The position numbers were made by a program, and so were the translations under genes. The notes under the pieces were generated by a model. That model searched no databases. It was not told the origin of the DNA and was given only the letters and a program-made list of their open reading frames with translations. Below are positions 22,656 to 32,744 of a DNA stretch of 64,000 bases, piece by piece (positions within the stretch are counted from its first letter, which is position 1; each line of letters opens with the position of its first letter). The stretch comes from a virus. The stretch lies in IMG/VR virus record IMGVR_UViG_3300021226_000189. One strand, written 5' to 3'.

Positions 22656-23630
22656 ATGAGCATTTTTGAAGAACAAATTAGTAGGAAACCGAACAAATAT
22701 CCATGGACAACACAATTTATTGAGGCTATGCATCAAGGCTTTTGGACTGATAAAGAATTCAGTTTCAAAGCAGATTATCATCAATTCAAAACAGTTTTGA
22801 ATGATGAAGAAAGAGAAATTATTGTTAGAACTTTGTCAGCAATTGGTCAAATTGAAGTTGCTGTTAAAACTTTTTGGTCAAAGCTTGGTGAGAATCTACC
22901 TCACCCATCACTTTCCGATCTCGGCTTCGTAATGGCGAACGTAGAAGTAATTCATAATAATGCATACGAAAGACTCTTGGATGAATTAGACATGGAAGAT
23001 ATTTTCGAAGAGAACCTGAAACTTGAATGGATTCAGGGTCGTGTGAAGTATCTTAAAAAATATACACACCGCTTTTATAAAGATTCTAAAAAACAATATC
23101 TCTATGCGCTGATTCTTTTCACATTATTCGTGGAAAATGTTTCTTTGTTTAGCCAATTTTATGTTATCAATTGGTTTGCTAAAAATAAAAATGTTTTGAA
23201 AGACACTGATCAACAAGTGCGCTACACTCGTAATGAGGAAGCGATTCATGCCATGGTCGGTATGAAGATTATCAATACGATCCGTGAAGAACATCCAGAA
23301 TTATTTGACAAAGAGCTAGAAGAACGTATACTACACGAAGCGGAACAAGCTTTCATTGCTGAAAGTAAAATCATCGATTGGATGGTTAATGGTATTGATG
23401 AGAAAGGTTTATCTGCACCAATTTTGAAAGAATTTATTAAAAACAGAATTAATGACTCTTTGGTTGGTATTGGATTTCCTAAAGTTTTCGAAATTGATAC
23501 TAATCTTTTAGATGAAACATTCTGGTTCGATGAACAATTGCTAGCTCCTAATATGACCGACTTTTTCCACTCAAGACCCGTGGAATACGCTAAAAATTCA
23601 CAATCTTACGACGAAGACGATTTATTTTAA
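22656..23630 (+). CDS. nrdB: Ribonucleotide reductase class I beta subunit
   Basis: EVIHNNAY, VENVSLFSQF, RNEEAIH, TDFF. Confidence 0.95.
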   Translation: MSIFEEQISRKPNKYPWTTQFIEAMHQGFWTDKEFSFKADYHQFKTVLNDEEREIIVRTLSAIGQIEVAVKTFWSKLGENLPHPSLSDLGFVMANVEVIHNNAYERLLDELDMEDIFEENLKLEWIQGRVKYLKKYTHRFYKDSKKQYLYALILFTLFVENVSLFSQFYVINWFAKNKNVLKDTDQQVRYTRNEEAIHAMVGMKIINTIREEHPELFDKELEERILHEAEQAFIAESKIIDWMVNGIDEKGLSAPILKEFIKNRINDSLVGIGFPKVFEIDTNLLDETFWFDEQLLAPNMTDFFHSRPVEYAKNSQSYDEDDLF

Positions 23631-23633
23631 TAT

Positions 23634-25286
23634 ATGACAAGAGAAAAATACTACTGGTTAAATGAAGATTCTATCAAATTTTTGGAACAAGGATATCTCC
23701 GCGAGGGGCAATCTCCATTTGAAAGAATTGAAGAAATTGCTAATAATGCACAGAAAATACTCGGTATTGACGGGTTTGCTGATAAATTCGTTGATTATAT
23801 GTCTCGTGGCTTTTATAGCCTATCCACTCCCGTGTGGATGAATTTTGGTAATGAGAGGGGTAATCCTATTTCTTGTTTTAATTCCCATATTGGTGATAGT
23901 GTTGAAGATTTCCTAATCAAGCAAGCTGAAGTTGGGATGATGACTAAAGTTGGTGGGGGGACTTCTGGATACTTTGGCGATATCCGCCCAAGAGGTTCTA
24001 AAATCTCTACTGGTGGTGTTGCGGAAGGGGCTGTTCGTTGTATGGAATTGTTTGACAACGTGGCAAAAATCATTAGCCAAGGAAGCGCACGTAGAGGCAG
24101 CTTTGCAGCGTATCTACCGATTGATCATGGTGACTTCGATGAATTCATGAAGATTCTTTCTGAGGGTCATTCTATTCAAGAGATGTCTATCGGTGTTACA
24201 GTTCCTGAAGGATGGATGCAATCAATGATTGATGGTGACAAAGAGAAAAGACGCAGATGGGCAGCAGTGATTAAGAAGCGTTCTGAGACTGGTTATCCAT
24301 ATGTATTCTTCACGGATAACGCCAATAACCAAGCACCTAAAGTTTACAAAGATAAAGGCTATAGAATCAATGCGAGTAACCTTTGCTCTGAGATTTTTCT
24401 ACCATCAACTAAAGACGAGTCGTTTGTTTGTTGCTTGTCTTCTTTGAATTTGCTTTGGTGGGATGAGATTGAAAAGACTGATGCTGTTGAAACAATGGTG
24501 ATGTTCTTGGATGCTGTTATGACAGAATTTATCGAGAAGACTAAAGGTGATCGTTTGATGGAAGCTGCTCATAATTTTGCCAAGAATCATCGAGCATTAG
24601 GTATGGGTGTTCTTGGATATCACAACTACCTGCAATCAAAAATGATTGCATGGGAAAGCATGGACGCGCATTTTGAGAATATCTCAATTTTTTCAGAAAT
24701 CAGAAAACGTGCTGACAATACATCAGAAAAACTCGCAGCAATGTTTGGTGAACCAGAAGTATTGAAAGGTTATGGTCGTCGCAATACTACAACTATCGCT
24801 ATTGCACCCACTACGAGTTCCAGCTTTATTCTTGGTCAGGTGAGTCCTAGCATTGAGCCTCTTAACAGCAACTACTTCGTTAAGAATCTTGCCAAAGGTC
24901 AATTTACTTACCGCAATCCAAAACTTGAAGAAGTTCTGAAATCCAAAGGTAAAGATGATAAAGAAACTTGGAAGAGTATTCTACTCCACGGTGGTAGTGT
25001 TCAACATCTCGATTTTCTCACAGAACATGAGAAAGATGTTTTCAAAACATTTGCAGAAATTTCTCAAAAAGAAGTTGTAATCCATGCTGCTCAACGACAA
25101 CCATATATTGATCAGGGGCAATCTCTCAATCTCATGATTCCTGCTGGCACAAAACCAAAAGAAATCAATGAGTTGATGATCTTTGCATGGGAGCAAGGTA
25201 TTAAGTCTTTGTATTACCAGCGTTCATCCAACCCTAGTCAAGATTTGTCAAGATCTATTATGACATGTAAATCATGTGAGGGTTAA
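23634..25286 (+). CDS. nrdA: Ribonucleotide reductase class I alpha subunit (no ATP cone)
   Basis: PISCF, GGGTS, SNLCSEI, CCLSSLN, IAPTTSSS, DQGQSLN, KSLYY, C-terminal CKSC. Confidence 0.95.
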   Translation: MTREKYYWLNEDSIKFLEQGYLREGQSPFERIEEIANNAQKILGIDGFADKFVDYMSRGFYSLSTPVWMNFGNERGNPISCFNSHIGDSVEDFLIKQAEVGMMTKVGGGTSGYFGDIRPRGSKISTGGVAEGAVRCMELFDNVAKIISQGSARRGSFAAYLPIDHGDFDEFMKILSEGHSIQEMSIGVTVPEGWMQSMIDGDKEKRRRWAAVIKKRSETGYPYVFFTDNANNQAPKVYKDKGYRINASNLCSEIFLPSTKDESFVCCLSSLNLLWWDEIEKTDAVETMVMFLDAVMTEFIEKTKGDRLMEAAHNFAKNHRALGMGVLGYHNYLQSKMIAWESMDAHFENISIFSEIRKRADNTSEKLAAMFGEPEVLKGYGRRNTTTIAIAPTTSSSFILGQVSPSIEPLNSNYFVKNLAKGQFTYRNPKLEEVLKSKGKDDKETWKSILLHGGSVQHLDFLTEHEKDVFKTFAEISQKEVVIHAAQRQPYIDQGQSLNLMIPAGTKPKEINELMIFAWEQGIKSLYYQRSSNPSQDLSRSIMTCKSCEG

Positions 25287-27046
25287 TTAACCACTCTCGG
25301 ATATTTCTTCTCATGAACTTGTGGGAAAGAAGGTGCAATAGAATCGTGTTTATTAATACCATTCACATGCGCTTCCTTTCTCACATCTTTATTTGATGCC
25401 ATGAGATTCAATGGTAAATTATTAAAATGGTGACTATGTGGATAGATAGTTATTAAATTATCCAAAGGTTCAGCGAAAACAGGGCATAGACCTATTCCAG
25501 GAACAACAGCGGTTCCAATTCTTAATGTGAGCGGTAAACTGGTTGAAAACTTACCTTGAACTACGGTATTTTCAGTTTGTTGAACTTCCAATGGTGCTGT
25601 TACATGTTGGAGATATGTTTCACCTTCGACAGATAAACCACCACCAACAATCAAATTATTTTTAACACCTAAAGACGATTCGACATATACTTGTCTAGCT
25701 GTTCTAAGAGTGATAGTCTTTAAGGATTGTATCTCAACACCATTCTCTGAACCTATATGAATACCATGAGATGAATTCAGAATTATCTGTTTGAATCCGC
25801 CTCTTAAAATAGTGCCACCCATTTCATATGTTCCAGAAGTCTTCATTGAGATACCACCTGAACCAACATTTCTTTTATACGAATTACCTATAATTTTCGT
25901 ATCATTCCCACATGGGAAATTAGAAGAATTATCAACCTCTTCTAAAATTGGTATTGCGTCATGATTTTTATATGTTCCAGTATCAGATACGAGCATTTCA
26001 AATGGCTGACTTCTACCCTTTTCATCAATCTTAACAGATGGGTAATCATTGAACACTGCACCGACAGTTTCAAATTTATTACGCTTTGTAATCAGATGTT
26101 CGTCACCACCGTCACCCATTCTTCCTTCAATTTCAGTCAATATGGATTGTGCTTCCAACACTTGTTCTTCCATATTAAGAACATCAGCATTTTCAATCCA
26201 TTTACCGTTTTCAGTGGAGGCAGATTTTTCAGCACCGAATTCTAACACACCTGGAGCTTTAGAGCCGCTATTTCCAGCACTTTTCGCAATATCTTCTTTT
26301 TTGATAGTCTTTATTGATGGTGGTGTACCTACTCTATTTTTAATTGGTTTGTAAGTGGCTACTTCATCGATATTACTGGTAACAGTTGGAATGCTTTGAT
26401 ATCCTGCGAATAAATTCTCCACTACGAAAACTTGTGATCCGATTACAGGGTTGTTGGAGCGTTCACCATCCATCTCGGTTGGTTGTCCATTTGGTAATGA
26501 ATATCCACCTCTTTTTATTTTGAACTTGGAATTATTATCAGCGATTTTTTTGAAAACATCTTTCCATTCATCGTGCGCTCTTATCTCCGTCTCATCTTTA
26601 TATCCTTTATAAATGTAAGATGTTCCACCGACTCTTAAATTGTAATCACCTCCGATAAACTCAACACTATCATTTTTGACAGTTTCAAATTTATCATTTT
26701 GAACCATTATTTGTTTATTATTGGTTGCAAGTTCAGTGTTTACATTATTGTTGATATTAAAATTACTACCAGATCTATGAGAAATATGAACACTCTCGTC
26801 GTCCGTTGTGTTGTTGATAACAATAGATCCACCTCTTTGATTTATAGCAAACCTATTTCTATATATTTTATTAATTACGGAATTTCCAGTATCAATAGCT
26901 GATAATGCTGATTGAGATGGTGTTGTGGTAGAATTCGATAGTAGATTATCAGGACATGATAATGATATTTGTTTAGGAATTACACAATCAGTTGTAAAAC
27001 CTTTTTTATTTTTATTCGTATTAATATTATATTTTTTAGTGGCCAT
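25283..27046 (-). CDS. Baseplate spike gp5/VgrG-like C-terminal part
   Basis: GGSIVINNTTDDESVHISHRSGS, beta-helix-like repeats, terminal PHSHHF. Confidence 0.65.
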   Translation of the reverse strand: MATKKYNINTNKNKKGFTTDCVIPKQISLSCPDNLLSNSTTTPSQSALSAIDTGNSVINKIYRNRFAINQRGGSIVINNTTDDESVHISHRSGSNFNINNNVNTELATNNKQIMVQNDKFETVKNDSVEFIGGDYNLRVGGTSYIYKGYKDETEIRAHDEWKDVFKKIADNNSKFKIKRGGYSLPNGQPTEMDGERSNNPVIGSQVFVVENLFAGYQSIPTVTSNIDEVATYKPIKNRVGTPPSIKTIKKEDIAKSAGNSGSKAPGVLEFGAEKSASTENGKWIENADVLNMEEQVLEAQSILTEIEGRMGDGGDEHLITKRNKFETVGAVFNDYPSVKIDEKGRSQPFEMLVSDTGTYKNHDAIPILEEVDNSSNFPCGNDTKIIGNSYKRNVGSGGISMKTSGTYEMGGTILRGGFKQIILNSSHGIHIGSENGVEIQSLKTITLRTARQVYVESSLGVKNNLIVGGGLSVEGETYLQHVTAPLEVQQTENTVVQGKFSTSLPLTLRIGTAVVPGIGLCPVFAEPLDNLITIYPHSHHFNNLPLNLMASNKDVRKEAHVNGINKHDSIAPSFPQVHEKKYPRVVN

Positions 27047-27048
27047 AT

Positions 27049-28230
27049 TTACGTGTTTTCAAAATCGTTTGGATAATAAGGAGACATTCCCATCAAATTA
27101 TCGGTTTTATTAACTGTCGCTAATCCTTTGAAATCTTGGGTCACGCCAAAATAAACAGGAAAATTTAGATCTCCTAAATAATGGAATATCCAAACTTTAG
27201 ATCCGACTTCTGGAATACCGATAGCACCTTTCGGCTGATTCGTCATATTTTGAGGTGCGTATCCAAATGAATAACTATTACATTTCATAGACGATGATTC
27301 TAAAGGATTGGAGAATGGATCATTAACCATAGTAGCTCTGTTTTCGTAAAGACGTGCTGGTGCGCCAGAAACAGTATCAACTGGTTCTATTGGATCTGGT
27401 TTATTTGAATCATTTAATGGTGGTAGTAAAGATGGTGGTTCATCATCACCAGTGTCAATATTATCAAATTGATTGTCGGTATTTTCAGATGCTTCCAATT
27501 TTTCCAAAGAAAATATTTTACCACCCCATGAATTATTTCCACCAGTTCTTCTGTAAATATCAATTGTTTCTGGTAGAGGACCAGTTCTTTTATCATAAGA
27601 TGGAACAGTATCACCATATTGTAATTCGAAAACACCTCTAGATGTTTTCACTCTGAACCAATCATTGTGTTGTAAACCTAATCTATCAGCCAAACTTTTT
27701 GTAACCGCTGCTGATTTACCATCTATCAATCGATTATTTTTATGTCCGATTCCATTAGCACTGTAACTATCTGGTGTGCTATCATCAGCATAGCCGTAAT
27801 TTGATAATTTTATCGGTGGTGAAAATTCGACAACATTCCCCACTGTGTTAAATTCTGTTGGATATTGACCATCTTCGAAACCTTCGGCATAATTACCATC
27901 AGAGATAGTAGAATCTGTTCCACTTCCACTATTATACGATCTAGATCCTCCTGATTCACCCATCAAAGGGTAACACGGTTCAGCCCAAGGAATATTTTCA
28001 ATCATTTCATTGAACAATGAACTATCTGACCAACTATCTCTACCTGGCGTTTTAACTTTAATATCATCTAATTTTTCAAACCATTCTTCGAATGGTTGAT
28101 TAGATAATTCGGGAACATATACTTTAACTCTGTTTAATTTCAGAGGGTCGTCATTTTTTACAACAATTCCCCTATAAAAAGACTCATCTTGTTGTTGCCC
28201 TTGAATACCAGAACTGTTCTTAATAAACAT
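27049..28230 (-). CDS. Baseplate gp5-like OB-fold protein with inserted domain
   Basis: YRGIVVKNDDPLKLNRVKVYVP, PWAEP, IPEVGSKVWIF..GD.NFPVYFG. Confidence 0.8.
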   Translation of the reverse strand: MFIKNSSGIQGQQQDESFYRGIVVKNDDPLKLNRVKVYVPELSNQPFEEWFEKLDDIKVKTPGRDSWSDSSLFNEMIENIPWAEPCYPLMGESGGSRSYNSGSGTDSTISDGNYAEGFEDGQYPTEFNTVGNVVEFSPPIKLSNYGYADDSTPDSYSANGIGHKNNRLIDGKSAAVTKSLADRLGLQHNDWFRVKTSRGVFELQYGDTVPSYDKRTGPLPETIDIYRRTGGNNSWGGKIFSLEKLEASENTDNQFDNIDTGDDEPPSLLPPLNDSNKPDPIEPVDTVSGAPARLYENRATMVNDPFSNPLESSSMKCNSYSFGYAPQNMTNQPKGAIGIPEVGSKVWIFHYLGDLNFPVYFGVTQDFKGLATVNKTDNLMGMSPYYPNDFENT

Positions 28231-28246
28231 AATATTATTTAAGAAA

Positions 28247-28273
28247 AAAGCACACGAATCAACCGTGTGCTTT
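28247..28273 (-). terminator. Intrinsic terminator
   Basis: AAAGCACACG/CGTGTGCTTT stem; T-tract on minus strand. Confidence 0.75.
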
Positions 28274-28303
28274 CTATATAAAAATATTAAAATGGTTTAT
28301 TTA

Positions 28304-28756
28304 TCAATAACCAAGCAATCTCTTTCTACGAGTATCTGGTGTGGAAACTGAGAAGGTTGCAGATAATGCTGAAACTGGGACAGTTGTAACATTACTCAAG
28401 AATGGGAATACTGTATATGAATTATCAGTGTTTACAATCGCCATGTTAGTATTGTGCAACGATGCAGGAATATTAAACACAGAACCAAGCACATTCACTG
28501 TGACATTCGGAAAATTTGAAATGTTGAATGTTGATACAGTATTAACAGTAGTGCCGACTGAAATTTGAATAGAGGTGAATGTCAGACCTGCGTCATCACT
28601 CGACAGAGAAACAACACCCAATTGTCGTGAACCAACGACAACATTGTCACCTGATAGATAGGTCACACCTGTCGCAGAGAGTCTCGTGTCGGTAAGATTT
28701 GGACTGCCAGTTTTTTCAGCGGAAAGAAGATTTTGTTGGAACGTATAAATGCTCAT
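28304..28756 (-). CDS. Late Ser/Thr/Val-rich virion protein
   Basis: TAAATA-N5-ATG; next to major capsid gene. Confidence 0.7.
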   Translation of the reverse strand: MSIYTFQQNLLSAEKTGSPNLTDTRLSATGVTYLSGDNVVVGSRQLGVVSLSSDDAGLTFTSIQISVGTTVNTVSTFNISNFPNVTVNVLGSVFNIPASLHNTNMAIVNTDNSYTVFPFLSNVTTVPVSALSATFSVSTPDTRRKRLLGY

Positions 28757-28846
28757 GTTATTATTTAGCAAATTTGATCAAATTTTAGGAATAGACTCCA
28801 CTCCTGATTCTGTTTGTATTTATCCTGCTAACTACTAAATACTAAT

Positions 28847-29650
28847 ATGGATACTGTTATTAGAGAAAAAAGGTTATACATCGTAAGAAATTTAATCAAC
28901 GGTAAAGTTTATGGTGGTAAGCATTACTGGCAACCCAACACGAAATATATGGGTTCTGGATATGCTCTCAAAAAAGCTTTTTTAAAATATGGTAAAGAAA
29001 ATTTCAGCATTCGTTGGTTAAAATTGAAAATAAAATCTTCAGAGCATTTAGATCAATTGGAAATACGGATGATTCGTTTGTTGAAATATATATTTGGTAA
29101 TAAATGTTATAATATTCAAAAAGGTGGTTGCGGTGGATATTTCACTTATTATATGAACGATGAACAAAAACAAGAAGTGTTTAAAAAAATTAGCGAGGGT
29201 AAAAGGAGACAATATGCAAATGGTTTATCCGAAGAACAATTACTGGGACACAAGAAAGCAAATGAGAGTAAAAAATATAGAATGGATAATGACCCGAATT
29301 ATTACGATAAAGTTTATATTGAAGGTAATCGAAAAAGAATAGAGTCCCTAAAAAAGCGTAGAAAGTTACAAGGTCCAACCCAAAAAGAAATAGATCGAAA
29401 TAAAGATTTGATAAAATATAGTCAAAAAATAACTACTTATAAAATACTATTTCCAGATGGTAATGAAATTGTCGAAACGAAAACAATTACAGAATTTATG
29501 GATGTGTATAAAACAGAATATAATATATTTATAGATGCCAGAAGAAATGGTAAGTTCGTCTTCAAACGAAGAACATCAATGACTAAACACCCCTTTCCAC
29601 CAAATACCGAATTGTATATCATAAATGAGATTCGCGGTTGTGATGTGTAA
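28847..29650 (+). CDS. GIY-YIG (Seg-like) homing endonuclease
   Basis: LYIVRNLINGKVYGGKH, YMGSG, KYGKENF. Confidence 0.9.
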   Translation: MDTVIREKRLYIVRNLINGKVYGGKHYWQPNTKYMGSGYALKKAFLKYGKENFSIRWLKLKIKSSEHLDQLEIRMIRLLKYIFGNKCYNIQKGGCGGYFTYYMNDEQKQEVFKKISEGKRRQYANGLSEEQLLGHKKANESKKYRMDNDPNYYDKVYIEGNRKRIESLKKRRKLQGPTQKEIDRNKDLIKYSQKITTYKILFPDGNEIVETKTITEFMDVYKTEYNIFIDARRNGKFVFKRRTSMTKHPFPPNTELYIINEIRGCDV

Positions 29651-29655
29651 ACGAG

Positions 29656-29687
29656 AAAACCGCGAGTTCTTCGGCACTCGCGGTTTT
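29656..29687. terminator. Bidirectional terminator between endonuclease and capsid genes
   Basis: AAAACCGCGAGT/ACTCGCGGTTTT 12-bp stem. Confidence 0.85.
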
Positions 29688-29736
29688 AAAAGATTGTTTG
29701 GTTGTAACTACTTGAGTTTCAACGATTTATAATAAA

Positions 29737-31218
29737 TTATAAATATGTCGAAATTGAACCAGGAGTAAACGCAGTACCAAGACCTTTGACAATGATCAGG
29801 TGATAATAAAGATTAGCACCGAAGATATTGTTTACGATACCATAACGGGTCATGAGTCCAACGCGAGGAGCGAAATCATTCGGTCCAATTGTGCGTTGCA
29901 CCATAATCGGGATGTATGGGCAGTAAATAATACCTGTGTCATAGTATTCAGAACCTTTGTAGCCCAAGAGAGCGTATTCAACACCGTTTGGATTGTTAGA
30001 AGAGTAACCTCTATTTCCATACAATGAAGAGTTCTGAACTTCAGTCCGAGTATCACGATAAACCGTCCAGCGGCTACCAACAGTACCAACTTTAGCAATA
30101 CCTACACCAGCCGTGGAAACAGTTCCATTGATTTCAAAAACTTTGAAGTCAGGAAGCATTTCAAGGATGCTGCAAACACGAGGAGTTGCGATAACAAAGT
30201 TAGCAGCACCTCTACGGTTACGAGCAGCCATACGACCACTTTCGATAAGCAAGCGTTGATAGAAGGTAATATTTCTTTCAGCAGTCCAACGACCATCCGC
30301 ACTAACAGGACTCCAGATGGAGAAACCTGCTCCAGGCCCAGCATTGAAGGCGGTTTGGATCATACGCATTACAACTTCACGGTCGATTTCAGCTTGGATC
30401 TCATACGACATAGCATTCGTAAGTTCACCATCGATATCAATACCGTTCATGTTTTTAATGTCTTGTTCCAACTCGACCGACCAACGTGTAGCCAATCTAC
30501 GTGTACCAGCTTCAACAGCGGTCTTGTCAAACTTGAGTTCGATTTGAGGGATTTTACCCGTCAACTCGTAATTATTCAAGAGTTCAGCAATACCACGGTC
30601 TTGATCTGCAAATGTCCACTCGGCATGACCAGAGAGGAAAGCAGCAGATGTGCCAGTAAAACGTGTGTCCAGAAGTTGAAAACCAAGTTCGTCGGAGTTA
30701 TCAGAGCCAATTGCTCCGAGGCCATCAGTACCAGTGTAAGCAGCTTTAAGCTGATTACCAAAGCTGGAACCTGCGCCACCGCCAGTAGGTTTACCGTCGA
30801 TACTACCATCGCTCAGAGTATCACCTTGGTAGGCATAACGAAGAGCGAAAGCAAGACCAACAGGTCCGCCCATAGGCTGAACACCAACAATTTCGTTGGA
30901 AATCAATTCAGGGAAAGTGCGTCTAATCATAGGAATAAGAATCTTTGGCAGACGTGCGTCACCGCTAGCATAGGAGTCGCTGTTAGCGATACCGTTGCCA
31001 AGGGAAGCAGCCGCGCCAAACACACCACCGCTAGATGCTGTGTTAGATTCTTGAAAGCACCACTGTTCTTGGTTCTCAAGCAACATAGCAGTCGTTTTGT
31101 AAACGTGTTCGTTCTGGATAGCAGGAATCGAGTTCGAGCTATAGTCCAGCACTTTACGCCATTTAGCAACAGCTTTTTGCATTTTTGAGCCTTGGATGTC
31201 AGTTTGTGGGATATTCAT
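29737..31218 (-). CDS. gp23: T4-like major capsid protein
   Basis: VGVQPMGGPVGLAFALR, KTAVEAGTRRLATRWSVELEQD, EIQAEIDRE, YCPYIP, PRVGLMTRYG. Confidence 0.97.
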   Translation of the reverse strand: MNIPQTDIQGSKMQKAVAKWRKVLDYSSNSIPAIQNEHVYKTTAMLLENQEQWCFQESNTASSGGVFGAAASLGNGIANSDSYASGDARLPKILIPMIRRTFPELISNEIVGVQPMGGPVGLAFALRYAYQGDTLSDGSIDGKPTGGGAGSSFGNQLKAAYTGTDGLGAIGSDNSDELGFQLLDTRFTGTSAAFLSGHAEWTFADQDRGIAELLNNYELTGKIPQIELKFDKTAVEAGTRRLATRWSVELEQDIKNMNGIDIDGELTNAMSYEIQAEIDREVVMRMIQTAFNAGPGAGFSIWSPVSADGRWTAERNITFYQRLLIESGRMAARNRRGAANFVIATPRVCSILEMLPDFKVFEINGTVSTAGVGIAKVGTVGSRWTVYRDTRTEVQNSSLYGNRGYSSNNPNGVEYALLGYKGSEYYDTGIIYCPYIPIMVQRTIGPNDFAPRVGLMTRYGIVNNIFGANLYYHLIIVKGLGTAFTPGSISTYL

Positions 31219-31280
31219 ATATATTTGACTTTCTATTCACATTTGTTCAGGAATTACTTCCTCATAGTGCGGGGTGGAAA

Positions 31281-32165
31281 TTATCGTTTGAACTCCATCG
31301 ATTGAAGGACGCTCAAATAAGGATTATTTTCCTCTACATCATTATTTACCTTTTCCGTGATAACTTTTTGATTTTTCACGAAATCTGGTTTATGTTTACG
31401 ACTTTGTAGAGCCTCTTCTTTGATTACTTCAAGTTGTTTCTTCTCTTGTTTTTCGAAAAGACGAACGGTGTAATCAAAATTTTCTTTGATGAACGACAAC
31501 GATTTGTCGCCAAGAGCTTTTTTCAAGAAGTTCTTTTTAGCTTCTGGATATTTAGAAGTTTTACCTTCAAGGAAAAGTTTAACTTCAGCTTGTTCTTTTC
31601 CTTCGGTGAGGAATTTAAGATTCTTTTTCAACTCAACGTTTTCGCTACGAAGCTTGTCAATCTCTTGTTTACCTTCCATAATAGGACCAGCAACAGATTC
31701 TTTCATAACAGCAAGGTCGATACCCAATACTCTACGAAGATTTTCGAGAACATTAATAGCAGTTTTATTTTTAACTGCTTGTTCGATATCTTTAGCAGGA
31801 ACTGATTCATTCAGGAATTCATCCAGATAAGCACTAACAGATTCGGTCAATTGTTTTTTGAATTTGACGAGATCACCTTGTTGTTCTCTTTCATATTTCT
31901 TAACAACTTTAACCAATTTAGCAGTCTTGTCTCTATCAAAAGCTTCCATCAATTTTTTCATTTTAATAGTGCGGTCTTTATCAACCGACTCCATCAAAGA
32001 TTTTAATTTATTAGCGTAGACTTCATCTTGTTGTTCGAGAGCAGCTTCAACAGCAAGATCAATTTTAGCTTCTAAAGCTTCTTGAATAGCTACAACTGAC
32101 TCGTCGGTAAGACCAAGACTTTTTTGAACATCTTCAGAGAAAAGTTTCTGTTTGTTTTTCTTCAT
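31281..32165 (-). CDS. gp22: Prohead core/scaffold protein
   Basis: Coiled-coil protein directly upstream of gp23. Confidence 0.85.
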   Translation of the reverse strand: MKKNKQKLFSEDVQKSLGLTDESVVAIQEALEAKIDLAVEAALEQQDEVYANKLKSLMESVDKDRTIKMKKLMEAFDRDKTAKLVKVVKKYEREQQGDLVKFKKQLTESVSAYLDEFLNESVPAKDIEQAVKNKTAINVLENLRRVLGIDLAVMKESVAGPIMEGKQEIDKLRSENVELKKNLKFLTEGKEQAEVKLFLEGKTSKYPEAKKNFLKKALGDKSLSFIKENFDYTVRLFEKQEKKQLEVIKEEALQSRKHKPDFVKNQKVITEKVNNDVEENNPYLSVLQSMEFKR

Positions 32166-32202
32166 AATATTATTTAGAGATTTGATATATTTTTTTTATG
32201 AT

Positions 32203-32736
32203 TTAGAACAAAGGTTTTTCAATTTCTTGGGAAATTTTTTGTTGAAGCTTCTGATTAATAACATCTTTAAGATGTTTGTGAGCTTCGGCGTGATTTTCAG
32301 CCATGATAGCTTCGACAAATTTGAGAATTGAAACGGACTCTTTGACACAATTATTGACCATCTTATCGCCTTTCTTTTTCATACCCTTTTTCTCGTAGCC
32401 TTTCCAACAAGCTTTTTTCTCTTCATCTTCTTCTACAGGTTTTTTACGTTCGTAAGAACCTTTACCTTTTTTCGGTTTTTCAACTTTAGTTGGTGGGGCG
32501 AAATGCCTACGTTCTTTCACTTTAGGTCCTTCAAAAACAGCTTTACCACCTCCCTGTTTCATTTTTTTAGTCACGGATTGTTCGTCTTCTTCTTCGGTCT
32601 TGAGAAATTTTTTAATTTCTTTTTTCGGCATTTCTTTGGCTACTTTTTTAGCTTCACCAGAAACACCTTTCTGACCTTTCTTGGCTCCCATTACTGCACC
32701 GAAGAATTTTTTTTGTTTTTCTGTTTTAGATGGCAT
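32203..32736 (-). CDS. Prohead-associated basic protein (gp67/68 position)
   Basis: Between gp21 and gp22; CWKGYEKKGMKKKG..VNNCVKES motif. Confidence 0.7.
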   Translation of the reverse strand: MPSKTEKQKKFFGAVMGAKKGQKGVSGEAKKVAKEMPKKEIKKFLKTEEEDEQSVTKKMKQGGGKAVFEGPKVKERRHFAPPTKVEKPKKGKGSYERKKPVEEDEEKKACWKGYEKKGMKKKGDKMVNNCVKESVSILKFVEAIMAENHAEAHKHLKDVINQKLQQKISQEIEKPLF

Positions 32737-32744
32737 ATTATTAT

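Noticed and set aside
30256-31188. 310-aa ORF antisense to the major capsid gene
   Set aside because: Typical shadow frame of a strongly biased gene; no start signal or recognisable motif
22656-31218. Introns or inteins in nrdA, nrdB or gp23
   Set aside because: ORFs are continuous and of ordinary length, with no intein or intron signature seen
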